A stretch of DNA of 64,000 nt from NCBI RefSeq assembly GCF_031769215.1, contig NW_026782173.1, forward strand, positions 806,001 through 870,000, given 5' to 3'. How positions within the stretch are numbered: the first letter of the stretch is position 1; every line of letters starts with the position of its first letter. The DNA comes from Ylistrum balloti (Eukaryota). Below the pieces are notes generated by a model. It ran no database searches and had not been told where the DNA came from. It worked only from the letters and a program-made list of their open reading frames with translations. The position numbers and the translations under genes were made by a program. Of the stretch, positions 50,401 through 64,000 are shown in pieces.

Positions 50401-53400
50401 TTGACCTAAAACCTGGTTAGAAATAAATGTAAGTAAATCTACGATCCGACAGTGACAGTTTGTGTTGGCTTCCCGCAGTTTCAGACCTTCTGGCTTCCTT
50501 TCTCGTTCAATGCAATCGAGAACAACCTAACAGCTGTCTTTTCTGTTGTTAATGATAGGGCCTTTTACTCTGTGTGAATAATTTGCCTCGAAATACTGTT
50601 TTCTTCGAAATCATCAAAAAGTTCTAAATTCATAAAGTAACTTCTTGAAATGGTTCTTTGATTATTTTTCTTAAATACTGAAGGCAAGAGCTTGATGTGG
50701 CCTAGGCTGTGACAGGACAAAGAACCTCAAGCGATTATTTCATATTTTGAATTAATTCATTACATTAAGGACATATCTCAAGAAAAAAAATCTGAATGAT
50801 GAATTCTGTCAAAACACAGTGATCGTGAAACATGATTTGAAGATTTAAAAACTCGACTTGATAAGGATTTCAAAAGTTAAACTAATTAGTTGACATGTTC
50901 AGTTTAACAGACAGAGAAACCGTCATTTCAACTTTCAATAAAGCTGTCGTTCGAAAATTCACATCATCCCTCGCTGACTCAGATATCCTCTGGGAAAACT
51001 ACTGCGGAAAAATAACTCCAGATAATGTGTGTTGTTTCTGCAGACCTCGATGTTAACAATTCCAGGCTCTATCCATGTAGCCATTAACACCTTTTCACTT
51101 ACATGATTGTTATTGCTCGAATCATAGCAAATTGCTTCCAGTTGAGAATTGGTTTATCATTCTATCGAGTTTGGCGTTTATTTCGAGAGATCAATCCCTG
51201 TTGTTGCCATTGTATCAGATTTCCGGAGGACATTGCCTGTTTGTGTTAGGTGATAAACACACGTGACAACAGAGCAGTCATTACAGGGATTATTCGTAAT
51301 AAGTGTTTACTCAGTAAATGGTCAACAAATTTAGAATGGATTTCCAACACGGTGCGAAGGAAATGAGTGCCTCGTTTGTTTAAAATATTGATAAAGAATA
51401 CTTAGAATACTCCGACATTCATTTGATCTCGATTCTCACATAGGATCGTGATATATACAGAGGAATGATTATGTCACCTAAATATATTCTAAGGCACGAA
51501 GACGTTGCCATCGCAATTATCCTCTCCACAAACAAGACGTTATAGATAACCTGAATAAAACATAACATGCAAATTTATTTCAATAGCAATACCTTTCAAT
51601 CATATGAGAGTCCAAAAGTTTACAATTTATCCTAATAGCTTGATACATAGAACAAACCTTTCCTTACACTCCTCTACCAGGAAAACGTGACAATATTGGC
51701 TCCATCTATCTGTTTTATTTCTTTCCCTTTCCTTGTGTTGTTTTATTGATGTCTGCATAGATAAAGGTCATAGATATAGATATGATCATATGTGGCGATA
51801 ACAAACATATACGGAAAACCTGATTCAGCCAAAATTATGTGAAAGTAGCAGGGCGTAAAAATGGTACCTGTTGTCTCAATACATGATTCATAAGAGGCGT
51901 TTAAAGTTTTTATATTTTCCTTTTTAACCATTTTCCTTAATCCCCCTTAAAACCGCAACACTTCTCCAACTTTAGTCTTTAGTAGAGTGCTTCCCCTGTA
52001 AAGATGCTGGGGATTCTATCTCCTTGTCGAGACAAACAACAGTATTTTACAATGGTGGTTAATTTTGCCTGGATTACGCCCAGCATTGTGATAGTATAAT
52101 GACTAATTTGCCTGTTGTAGTGAAAGGACGGCGGGTTCTGTTGGTGCCTCAAGCGATACACGTGTGGTAGAACTATTAAGTCTGCATCATTTCCGCATTC
52201 ATCTCGTATACATATGGAAGCCTTTCTTAAATGAAGATTATAAATAAACACAAGAGTGAATGACACTTTGTAATACAAATTTAGAGTTAGGCACAGTAGA
52301 GGAAAACAATACTACTAAGTTACATTATAGAGCTTTTTTGTCCTTATCGTAAGTGATAAGGACTTAAATTTTGAATCCTAGGTGATGTTTGGGGAAGTGG
52401 TCAAAAGAAAAGTCAAAGTTCAGACGTGGAGTTGCACTAGATTCAACACACTTCGTCATTTTCATATATCAGAACAACTCCAAATACATGTGTATATTCA
52501 AAACACATATTGAATACAAATCAAGAGGAATAAACTAAAATATGATAAAAGGACGATAAGAAATATAAAACAAAACAAATCATTTATAAAGATAGTACAA
52601 AAGACACACAAGTAAAAACCTAACAACTTTGCATAGAACGAACAAGGAATGTTTAGTACGATGTCAGTATGATATGACTCAATGTGTTGTCTTACTCATA
52701 CGTTATTTTAAGTTTTAGAATCACGACACAACACCGAGTTAGTTATTGGCTACATCACCAGTGACTATTGCGAAATTGTACCCCGGAAATGAGGCTTACT
52801 TATTGCACCATAGTAACTTGCCACCCAAAACATGACATTAGAGTGACAACCCGCTGACATGTCAAGTAATACGTTACATTTTTTTATTGCAGACATACTT
52901 ATTTAATCTATTTTTCAAATTTTGGCGTTTTTCAGTAAACGTTGACTCCCTGCACGTGTACTGAAACAGTTACGCCAGCTTACAAAACAATAGTCGAAGT
53001 GTCATGATGAATAGAGAGGGGTATCTTTTAATTCTGAACCACTTCGTTTTTCAGACAGTATGAAACAAAAGTGGTCGAGATTCATCAGATTATAACCTAC
53101 TTATCCCTCCTTTCAATGTAGTGAAAGCAAAATATGAGACACTTGACATTATACAATATTTTGCATTAGTTGGTAAATTACCAAAAATTAAGCGTATACA
53201 AATTAGATATAAAAAACATTTATTTCTAAAAAGTATATGTATTAAAGATCTTAAATATGTCTATTAATTACCATCCTGTAGAAAAACAAGGAAAATTGTA
53301 TAGGAAGCTAAATTTAAATGGCGATATTGATTGGAAGAAAGATTATATACTACACTTTGAAATTCCAATTTACACCAGTAATTTTGAGAAAGTTACTAAA

Positions 53401-56400
53401 ATAAATTGATGTAAGAAGTTAGTTGAATAGTACCAACGACGATATATTTCAAAATAGTTGAAAAGGATCCACATATAACAAATCAATTGATACTTATACT
53501 CATATAATAGATTCAACCATCTTTTGTTAACGGGAAAAACAAATCATTCAATTGAGAAAAATGTAGCAACAGGAAAAACATCATTATAAACTTAAATCAG
53601 AAATGGTTTTCCATAAGCATTTGGAAAAAATAACAATAACTACATATAGATTTTGAAATGATTATTAAAAAATGACAAACTTCTTTTGAAGGAAGACTCT
53701 CAGAAAAGAAGATGTTTTTGCTGTAGAAACAACAAATGCTAACAAAATCGTGACATCAAAGACCATACATCAGAAAATTCGTTCTTAGTTTTATATTTTA
53801 TGTACAAGTGTTTCATTATCTTATTTGTTTCTTGTATTTTGCTGCTGTTGTTTTATTGTAAAATATGCAAATATATCATATATAGGTTCTCACTTGGATG
53901 AGCTGAATATCTTGGTACACATGCATATACACATTTTCTCTTATACTTAAGGAGCAATTATTGGTTGTATTATATTGAAATATCAAAAATTGCAGCTATT
54001 TATGTGTGCATGTTTTTGTGTTGAATAAACTCACTGTATAAATGCATTTAATGAATGGATGGTGGAAGAGAGAAGATTACATGTGATTAAATGAAAATGA
54101 ACAGAATGACCCTCCGAGAGGTTCCATTATGCAAGGGGATGAACTCAGGGTCCCAACCTTAGCATCCTTCCAAATCATTTGCCAGAAAATAAAAAAACCT
54201 AAACTTTCAAAATAAAGATAAATGATTGCTTGACATTAGAAACAATACATTTGATACTTTTTAATGTTAAAAATTTGTGTTAAAGCAATATAATTCAAAC
54301 AGGAACCACTAAGAAATTCAGAACGGTTAACCCTAAAATTCAGTTCAACCTACCTTATCCATCTATTAACCCATGGACACTGCGTTCTATGATAATTGTA
54401 TACAATGAGAACACGTGGGAACCAACAGCAAAAATACTATTTTACAACTGCTGCAGGCATTCGTTTATTTCACTTGTTTCTGTACCTCATGTTATTGTTA
54501 AGTCTTTAGTGCGCGGCAGTTAGAACTATATTGGTTATATACGTCAATAACAAACGATACAGGAGTGTATGGTCCTTGTATTAGGCCCTTACATAGACCT
54601 GTATGGTGGTACATATCTGTCTGTTTATGATTGTCCGATATAACCTGCTTTCGTTGTCTCTGCTGTGGTGGCACGGTGCGTTCGTCATATACTGGCTTTA
54701 GAGATAATCCCACAGTAAGGAAGGATGATGGCTAAAAGGCAATCCGCCTAGGCATAGACACATATCACACAGCATCACCATTCAGATCGACTACTATCTG
54801 CTGACAAACTGCCAGTTACACCGGCGTACAGGTATGTACTAAATTTACTTAAAATTGTGCATAATATACCCACTGCAGGCGAATATTTGAGTATATCAGG
54901 GACGTAATTGTACACATGTATGTCGGTATAAATTTATTGTGTGAAGAAAGATAATCTAGATGTATGGATATTTATTTTGAAGCCACTGATTGGCATATCA
55001 TTGGCAGTCGGTAGTCTCGGGTATTGTATAGATGTGTATTTCTGAGATTAAGTTTGTTTGGGACTATTCGGTCTGAAAAAAAAAGTAATACACTAATTTT
55101 CTTCTTATTGACAGTCCAATAGTCTCTTGCATTCCAACGATATATATTTCCAAGATTAAGAATGTTTTTACTATGACTTCTGTTTGAAAAATTCCAAAAA
55201 TGAAGAACATCAATGTGCTACGCATTGCATCTGTAATTTTATTGAATAATTTTGTGATGTGTTAAGAGTGCTGTCCTATTTACCTTACCGATGTCATATT
55301 TTTAATATCTGATGCATATCAAATAAATGTTTGTTAATTTTATCGAAACAATACTTGTGATCAAAATCATTAATTGTTATTTTTTTCGGATTTATATGAT
55401 GTAACTTCCTGAAGATTTTCAAATATTATAGGACATTTTATTTCAATACGAGTGTTTATGATCGGATTGTCATTATTTTGCTTTAATCATGCCTTAGGGA
55501 AAAGATAACGAATGGTTTTACGCGTTGTTACAATTGCATAATCCACCGCACCAGTTTACGACAAACGTTAAACATTGCATAACAAGGCATCGATCTGAAA
55601 TGGAAGGTATCATGGATTAATAATTAATGTAAAAAATATCACGACATGCACGTGCCAAAATATTTTTTCTCTTTTTCTCTATTTTGAGATCATTATGATA
55701 TTTCTTTAAACATTGGACTGTTTCTAAGTATATACCGTCGATCTGAATACAGTTTGGGTGACATTTAATAGAATGTATGTAGGTATGTTTACCTTCATAA
55801 AGATTTACTTTTTACTCTAGCTAATGACGCGTTTAGATTTGCCGCTTAACATATCACTGACATCATCAAATTCAACTACCGGAAATGCCGAAATTTTTCA
55901 GATGGAATAATAAAGTCCGTCATAACATGCACATCAAACAGTTTTTGCACAAATTGAATTTCATTTTAGACAAAACGAGTGTTTATTCGTCAAATAATAT
56001 TAAATACTTCAATAAAAGCTATTATATTTCACTTGTATTCATACAAAATTCGCGCATTGTTATCAATTAATTGGGCGTGACGCGGTTTCTAAAAAAAGCT
56101 TGGGTTGGAATGACCACTTGGATGGCAAGACGTGAAAGTAAGTGCGGAAAAAATGACGACATTTTCCTCTCCGTTATCAATTTTTTAAAAAAATTATCGT
56201 ATATCCATAAATGGCAGACAATCCCGGGGCTAATGTCATCGATGTATTTCTAGAGAATGTGATCTGTGAGTCATTGTATTTCGAAATCGTGGTTGATCAT
56301 GTGTGACGATTTGACCTGCAGTGGCGAGGTCTACATTCCATTTATCGGTAGTTTCTTCACAGGGGAGTGAAATGGTTAACAAAGCTGTACACAAAGCTTT

Positions 56401-57263
56401 TTTTTCCTGTCAAGAAGAATTGTTTCTCGTGTAGGTTTCGTTTTTGTGAAATAAAGTAGGAATGTATGCATGCAAGCTCTGTTTATTTATTGTTACTGGC
56501 GGTCATGTTTATTTTCATTGGAGACACTATCAGCTGTATAATGACCTCATCACTGTAAATTATATTATTTTCAGGAGAAAATGACATAATGTTGTCTTTA
56601 TTTGTCGCGACCATTGTGTATTGTGTGGGTTGGAAATATGAACCGGGGTTTCAGATGCATGGCCTCTCTATACTCTTCAGTTACCTAGTAGTTATGAAAT
56701 TGGTGAAAAGAAGTAAAAAAAATATTCACATATGATAGTTAGATCCAGTTTGAAGAAAATTATGGGGAAGTTTTAGGGGAACGATCGTTATACCAAAGGG
56801 AAACATTGAATTGTTGTATGTGTTCGATATTGTTAATAGTGTGCCTTCTGTTATTTACAAGGCAAGTGTCGCCGTTGGAGTAGACGATAATTTCTCGTTC
56901 GGAATATCTGGGTTTATTCTCTTTCGTCTTTTTCAATTATCACCATGTAAACGTTTTTCGTTCGTGTTTTCCCCTCGTTTAATTGTTTTTTTTTTTTAAA
57001 AATTGACATCGTTGATCATTTGTCAATACCAGGAAGTCTTGGGGTTTTGTTCCTTGTTTCAGATCAATCATTTTAATTGTGTAGTAAATCACTTTTCTGC
57101 TCAACCATCCTCTGCTTGACATTCAGTAGTTAAATAGTTGACATTAAGGGTTGGTTAATATGTTGTAAATGTGGCAGGTTGATATGTTCTAATACTGCTT
57201 CAAAGCTTTGATAGGTTTCAGCATATTTAAGTACAAAGTCATTGCTATATTTAACTAAAGAGA

Positions 57264-57610
57264 TTTATTGACCACGTCCATCAGAAATGGAAATCAAAGA
57301 CACGACAGACTCTTCTGCATCAGCCAGTATTCTCGATCTTTTCTTACAACGAAACAAATATGGACAGCTTTCCCAAAAGCTGTATGATAAACGAGATGAT
57401 TTCAATTCCCCTATCGTAAAATTTCCATTTCAGGATAGCAGTTCCTTGCATCCCATACATATGGTATTTACATGTTGCAGTTGATTCGAAAGTCAAAGGC
57501 ATGTTCCCATTATCATTACCATTTATGTTCAAAAAGTCGTCAACTGACGGAACAACTTGTAACACAGGGTTTCAAAAGATCCGTCGACCGAGTTTTTATA
57601 AAATTATTCC
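57264..57610 (+). pseudogene. Penelope-like (Naiad-type) retroelement reverse-transcriptase C-terminal fragment, frameshifted
   Basis: PSEMEIKDTTDSSASASILDLFLQRNKYGQLSQKLYDKRDDFNSPIVKFPF, then after a frameshift YGIYMLQLIRKSKACSHY...LTEQLVTQGF. Matches the recalled motif string ELEIKDTT...SASYLD...LYDKRDDF.F.IVNFP...YGVY.SQLIRY.RAC. Confidence 0.8.
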
Positions 57611-60600
57611 ATGGCATTGCAGACATGCAATGATTTCGATATTTTTCATTTGAAAAAATAATGATAATAATAAGAAGAATTTTAACATGTTTGAGAAAAG
57701 CGGGATTTTTAGTTGTGGTTATTAAACATGAGTCAAACGTACATGATATACTTACTATTTACTTAACAAACATGGGAACAAAAGTGACCTTTAGAATCCT
57801 AGATTTCATTGTTAAGGATTCGACTATTTTGAACCAAAAACATTTGTTGTAATGAAATGGAATGGCACGATAGGCAGAAGCTTTCATATGTAAATAGTGA
57901 AGACATTCAAGATATCTAAATAGTTTTCAGTAATATCAAGTAGAGCTCACGTCTTACCAAATTTGGCGTTCATTATACCTGGTCTTAATTTGACAGCAAG
58001 CGAAGCAGTAGTCTTTTAGTATCCAAGATATGATCATTTGCTCTTGCAGATAATATAAATGACGGGACCTATTAAGTGCCGTCGGAGACATAAAGAGAAT
58101 CTTAAAGCTGTTGCCAAGATCTAAGATAATAACATGTTTCGTGACAATGACATCAAAGTTTTGTTAAGGGCCTTAAAAGATGTTTAAAGACGCTCAATAC
58201 ATCTGCTTGAAAATGTTATCTAATTACGTTAATGATGTTTATTTAATATGAAAACCCTGTTGTGAGTAACAATCATGTTTGTAGGTTGTTTCCTGTTTAA
58301 CGTTTCTTAGTGTCCGCGTTTCGCTTTTGTGACAGTAGTTTTAGGATAAGCTCAATACACGTTACTCCCGGAACAGACGGAGTCAAGGAAATTTGCCTCC
58401 GAAAGCAATGATCAGTTCATGGAATATCAATAAAGCGTTGACAGATGTCTGTGTAATTGTGGGGGATCTTGTAACCCTATAATAATTGCTGGAATCGTGT
58501 TGTTTTACTTAAAATCATTGCTCGTCTCCGAACCAACTCCAACATTTCTTATCAAACTCCACACATACAGCGACATCTAACGTACTACCGGCCTGCTCAG
58601 TAGGCAACGACCGATGCTAAATGTCAACTGTCTAGCACCGCAGTAAAATGTCTTGTTACCGTAGAAATTCGTATTGAAATATCCTATGGTTACAGTACGG
58701 TCAAACCTTATCGTTACGGTACGGTCACACCTGGCCACCTGGTCGAAAGGGCGTCGATATCCGTTCATGCTCCCTTTTTGTTCCAAGGAATAAAATGAAA
58801 TACAGAAGTGTGTAAGGACATCGCTAGGTACTTCGGAAGTTTGTCTATCACATAGATCGTGATCTAAAATTGATACCCCTTCCTCGTCACGATGAATCCG
58901 GAGGTTTTCAATATTTCATATTGAGGAAAGATACTATTCATATAAATGAATACTTGATTTATTGACATCATTATTTGTTCACGTTTAGTTGTATACTATA
59001 GCCAAAGCTAACATGTATGCAAATATGACGTTTGCAGACTAGTATTTTACGCTGATGAACATATAATACTTTCTTCGATTATTCGCGCCTTTCTTTGTGT
59101 TCAGATATATAATATTCCGCAGTCTGGGAACATATATGTTCAGATTATGTGAATAGTCCACACTAATACTTTAAAGTGTATTTGTCATTAAAAGTAATAT
59201 CGTATTCTACAGAGGATTATGTGGAAGTTTTGCTATTTCCAAAATGGTCGCATTAAGAAATTTTATGTTTCCTTGTTTGATGCTTGTAAGTGTGCCTGTC
59301 GCTTCCTTTATTGTTTACCTTGTTCTCATTTAGAAAAACGACGTGACTGACTTAGATTGAACAAGGTTTACATGGCGGGTGTCGTCCACGAAGCATAAGA
59401 CCCTCATTTACATCAAAGTTGCCTTAGTTTCATCGAATCCTACTTTATATTAATTTCTTGTTGACATGGCGGGCTTTGCTTTATTGCTGCCAATAGTCTA
59501 TAGAGCACCTTTCCCTTCTGCAGGTTGTAGATTAATCCAAACGTGTTTAAAAGTCAATGAACTGTGGCATGCTAAGCACCTAAGCTGTCTTTCGTACTTT
59601 AATTAACTTTATCATTTTCTACACATCTGTTGCAATAGGATTACCACATTTCCATTAAAAGTTGTTTATCAATAGGTTTTAAATATGTAAAATTAAGTTT
59701 AAAATCAATATGTTGCAATCTGTTGACATCTGCGTTTTCATATTGAAATTAAGCATATTATATGACACTGAAAGGCAAAATGCTTTGAAATATACTTACA
59801 ATTTATCGTAAAGAGATATAATCCAAATTTCTGTTGTATGATGGAAAATTAGATAATTGCTTTCGGTATAGCTTTTCTTTTTTATGTCTTCGAAATGTAT
59901 TGAATTATAGGGCTGGTGTACCTCCCTATTTTGATATTTCGTTCCACCGATTTGGATTTTCCAGAGTTGCCTCTTAGGTTTTCAAAAGTTAGACTTTACC
60001 ATCACTGACGAAGAAGGACGAAACAGCTGGCTAATGCAGTTTAATTCATTATTTGGCTCTGTGCCTAATCTGAAATTTCATTAAAAAGGCACTCTTCACC
60101 TGTATGTCATTTGTACATTCTTCGAACGTGATGTACTTAGAGATAGCTTCGGCAGAGAATATCAACGTAGCATCTGGTTGTCGGCGTTCAATTTTACGAT
60201 AATTTTTCAACCATCGGCAAAGAATGATTTTAGAGTCATTATATTTTAAATGAAGTTTTAAGAAGGCTGAAAGAAAAGTACGTAAGCTATCAGCTATCAT
60301 TACCATTTATCGGTCCTGAAGTACAGGCAAACTTGCTGTTTACCTCTTCCGTTTGCTACACATATCTAATACAACTGACTGTCTATGCAACAACAGCTTA
60401 GCCGTTCCTTTACAGCTTTAACTGTGTCTGTGGATTTTAATATAAACACACATGTCGAGTCAACGTAAACCGTTTATCAGACAAACTGTCGATAAACTAA
60501 ATACTTCTGTTAAAGTAGTTATCACAATAGCAGTTGGTCTTGAGATATTCATTAAAATACGTATTGTTTTGTATTGTTGCATTATTCTGAGATACAAATG

Positions 60601-61743
60601 TCCTAAAATATACACATGTATTTACTAAATGCAAATATTAAACATTACATATGGAGTGAGAACGTTTGATGTATCATCTGATAGCTTTCAGTATTTGTTT
60701 TGGCAGTAGGTAAAATTAGCGTTATGGACGTGGGTATAAAGTAACAGTACATGTTGAAGTTGACACCAATTTTATAAAAAAAGATGATATATATATAGCT
60801 TATTCCTTTTACTTTGACATTACTTTTGACAACAAGAAGACGCCATTTTGAATTTCCGGTGTATCTTGTATTCTTCCATGTCATGCTGTTACCAGATAAG
60901 AATGACTTGCAAAAACTGCTTTTCTTGTACTTGATTAGAGCAAACCCAAAATGTACACGGAAAAGATTTGATGGAAAGCGAACTTCTTCACCCTTCTCTC
61001 CATAACAATAACCGGTTTATTTCAATGCAGTGGTTAGACAGCAATAGTGTGATTGGTTAAAACAACAAAAGTTATATAATCAATATTGATGACACCAGTA
61101 ATCATCAAATCGTTTAAGTCCATTATTTCACAGATAAAAATGTAATAAATACATATATTTGACCTTTGGTATCAAATTAAGATCAATCTTCTATTTTTGC
61201 TCTATTGACAAGAGGATGAAACAAACTGCTGTAAACATTTTCGTCGCTTTGTGTATACCCGTACCTAAATAAACCTTAAAACTCTGACTCACAACTTAGA
61301 GTTGTGAATCATTGATGTGATGATGGGTATCATTTGGTTTTTTGTTTTCGTTTTGTTTAATTGGAATAAACTGATTATGATAAATATTTCAGAAAAAGCT
61401 TAACCGCACCTAAAAACACCAGATAATAATAATAATAATGAAAATAAAAACAACCTAAAAATGTAACAATCCGAAAAGTCTCATTCACTAATGTGCGTCA
61501 ATGATCAAGTATGATGAGCGATACAGTAACTGTATCAAATAATTATTTCATAAATGGAACTTTGAGTTCACGGGTATGTTTGAAATCAGAGCAGCAATCT
61601 CAATCAGTATATGTCTGATAGTCAGAAGTAGGTCACATCCATAACAAAAATAATGACCTTGTCTCAGTAAAATCAAGTCTTTTGCTTGTTGTTCTTAATG
61701 TTTGACACCAATGATTTTGTCAACTGATTTTGATAAAAAAAAA

Positions 61744-61790
61744 GGGGGTGGGGGTTGGGGGGGGGGGTTGGTGGGGGGTTGGGGGGGGGG
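61744..61790 (+). repeat. G-rich tract with G-quadruplex potential
   Basis: At least five runs of 5 or more G separated by 1-5 nt loops. Confidence 0.8.
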
Positions 61791-62524
61791 TTAGTGGTTT
61801 CAAATCGGATTAAGGCAGTCTAATATTGTTTAGTCATAAGGTTTCATAAACTTTCACATTACCGTGTTACAAATAATCCAGCACACTTTCAATAAGCATT
61901 CTCGGTTTCTGCTGGACCAATCCTCACTGAGCAGGTGGTGTTGACCAGTCACACCAGTGCAATATTTGTACTTCCTGTGAAATCATTAATTTCCGTGGGG
62001 GATTTGTTTTTCATTTACTTCGTCGGTACTCTCAAACCATGAATTCATATGTCCACGAGCTGTCATAAGCAGTATCAATCGATTACTTGGACTATTATTA
62101 TCCTGGAAATTAAATGGCCGCGAAACAATTTTTCCTGAAAAACCTCGAAAACTGAGCTCTTTAAGTCTACAAGTCTTCTAATGATTGTTTATCTCCAATC
62201 TGCAATACCAATAGTATTGTTCCAGTCATTCGTTTTGAGATCTAACTAAATCGTTCGCCTGCAGCTATCTTGTAAGTGTTTTAGATACATAGCACATGGA
62301 CATGATTATCTACTAAATCCCAGTTTGGTTTTGTAAGCAATAGCAATACAGATAATTCTCATGTTCCTAAAAAACAAACCAAATAGATCATTATAATCAT
62401 TTTCATCCAATTATCGCTTTCAGTCAAGTGTACCTCTATTGCATGTTTGTTTCCAGTGTTGCTTATGTAATTATTTGTTTTGCGTATGAAGTTTAAGGTA
62501 ACTAGATATGTGACCATTTGTAAT

Positions 62525-62620
62525 GAATATCTGGTACTCTCGGTGGAACTGCCATATAAGTCCCTCACATATATCGAATATCTGGTACTCTCGATGGAAC
62601 TGCCATATAAGTCCCACACA
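62525..62620. repeat. 51-bp tandem duplication (2 copies)
   Basis: gaatatctggtactctcg[ga]tggaactgccatataagtccc starts at 62525 and again at 62576. Confidence 0.9.
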
Positions 62621-62854
62621 TTTGGCGCTCTCGGTGGAAGTATTCTAGAAGACATTCACATATAACACAAAAACAAGTGCTCATCAGCAGGAAGACTCAG
62701 CATCGAACTGAACAAATGTTGAAACGGTGAAGGAGAGGTCGTGAGTTTTATAATCAATAAAAATGGGATACTAAACTTATATTAGAATACTTTTTAATAC
62801 TACCATTCGATTGAGATGTTCGTTTGCATAGCCTAAGTAGCACAAATCTTCCCT

Positions 62855-62901
62855 GTTTATTTGGTATTTTAAGTCCTCACAACAGCCACGGTCATATGAA
62901 G
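62855..62901 (-). mobile_element. SINE 3'-end relic
   Basis: gtttatttggtattttaagtcctcacaacagccacggtcatatga is a reverse-complement SINE tail related to 40566-40603. Confidence 0.4.
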
Positions 62902-64000
62902 TTGATTTCCAAGGATGAGAGGACAACTGACGGGGTGATTTTAGGTTGTTATCACTTTGCAATAACCTCGACACAAGAGCACGCTTTCCAGTCATATTAT
63001 ACTGACTAAAGACTAACCAGTGTTTTTAATGGCAGACTAATACCTTTTCCCTATTAGAGCGGACGCAGCATTTATCCCAAAAGTAAGATGACACAAAGAA
63101 ATAAGAAGAGCGAGAAACGCATAGATCCCAAGTACAATTTCCTCGTATAGATATGTTATGTGTCAGCAGATGTCGTCTTTATATCCTACCAACAGTATTG
63201 TTCTACAATGTTACGGCAATCTCTGGCTGATTCTTGTTATAACTTTACCATCTCTACAGTTAGCAATCTTTATTCACATATGACAACTTTTCACTCTGAA
63301 ACTATGTTTTCGTCGGCAGCTCGTTTTACAAGATTTCTTTCTCGGAACACAGAAGCGGATGTAAGAATAACAAACAGGTTATCTCTATGACGCAAATATA
63401 GACCTGACAGTTTGTTGTTAACGAATCACGATTGTTATAAATTCATACTTTAATTAGTTATATTTACCATTGACATTTAGCATTTACATCTTCAAGCATG
63501 ACAGGGATTTGCAAGGAAACAGCTTTGCTTTGCCGGCTTATGACATCTACGCAGGATTTTGTTTAGGGCTGAATTTAATTGATTTACAATAAAATCAAAT
63601 TTCAGTATCGACAGTGTAATAATTCAAGCGGGACAATTATTTTGACTGTGAACCGTCAGTATTTCAATGTAATGATTAGTGATGTCATTCATGGTACTAT
63701 AAATTACACGTCCATATGATTAGTTATTAGAATGGCATTGTCCTGTAATTATTATGTAATATTGATTTTTTTATATTATAGTATGATAAATTAGCCATCT
63801 ATGTAGATATTTTCTAGAAGTTAATATGTTCACAAGTTAAGTAGAATCTTATATGAGTCTGCTCCATAGCTAAAGATTTCTCAACGCCCGGATTGTAAAT
63901 TGTTTTGAAACCTATTCATCGCGCCATCATAAATGTCCTATGACATGTGGGTTAAAAATGATGACGTTAGCAATTTTTGACAATGCTTACCCTGGACAAG

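Noticed and set aside
58690-58745. ggtacggtcacacc as a Harbinger-type MITE terminus
   Set aside because: No matching inverted end was found in the window; it is only a short 21-bp-period duplication.

Overview
AT-rich eukaryotic genomic DNA with GT-AG introns, probably a bivalve mollusc (inferred from the repeat families, not proven). All five convincing protein-coding genes lie on the minus strand in the first ~21.5 kb. They are: three N-terminal exons of a secreted testican/SPOCK-like protein that runs off the left edge; an intronless myo-inositol oxygenase (MIOX); and three intact tandem paralogs of the Mn-dependent ADP-ribose/CDP-alcohol diphosphatase (ADPRM). Each ADPRM copy has two coding exons split by the same phase-1 intron. 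The paralogs keep the metal ligands but differ at substrate-pocket positions (Asp/Phe/Cys at the human Cys253-equivalent site; Leu instead of Phe at the Phe210-equivalent site in copy 1). This is the most interesting signal and suggests a diversified set of NAD-derived-nucleotide hydrolases. Just upstream of ADPRM copy 3, a 46-bp hairpin minisatellite is split by a 781-bp solo LTR with a 5-bp target-site duplication. The remaining ~40 kb has no convincing gene. It holds SINE relics, a LINE 3' tail, a 1.7-kb internally deleted Kolobok-like DNA transposon with relics of both genes, and a Penelope-like RT fragment. Repeat-family names and human residue numbers come from recalled sequences and need database confirmation.
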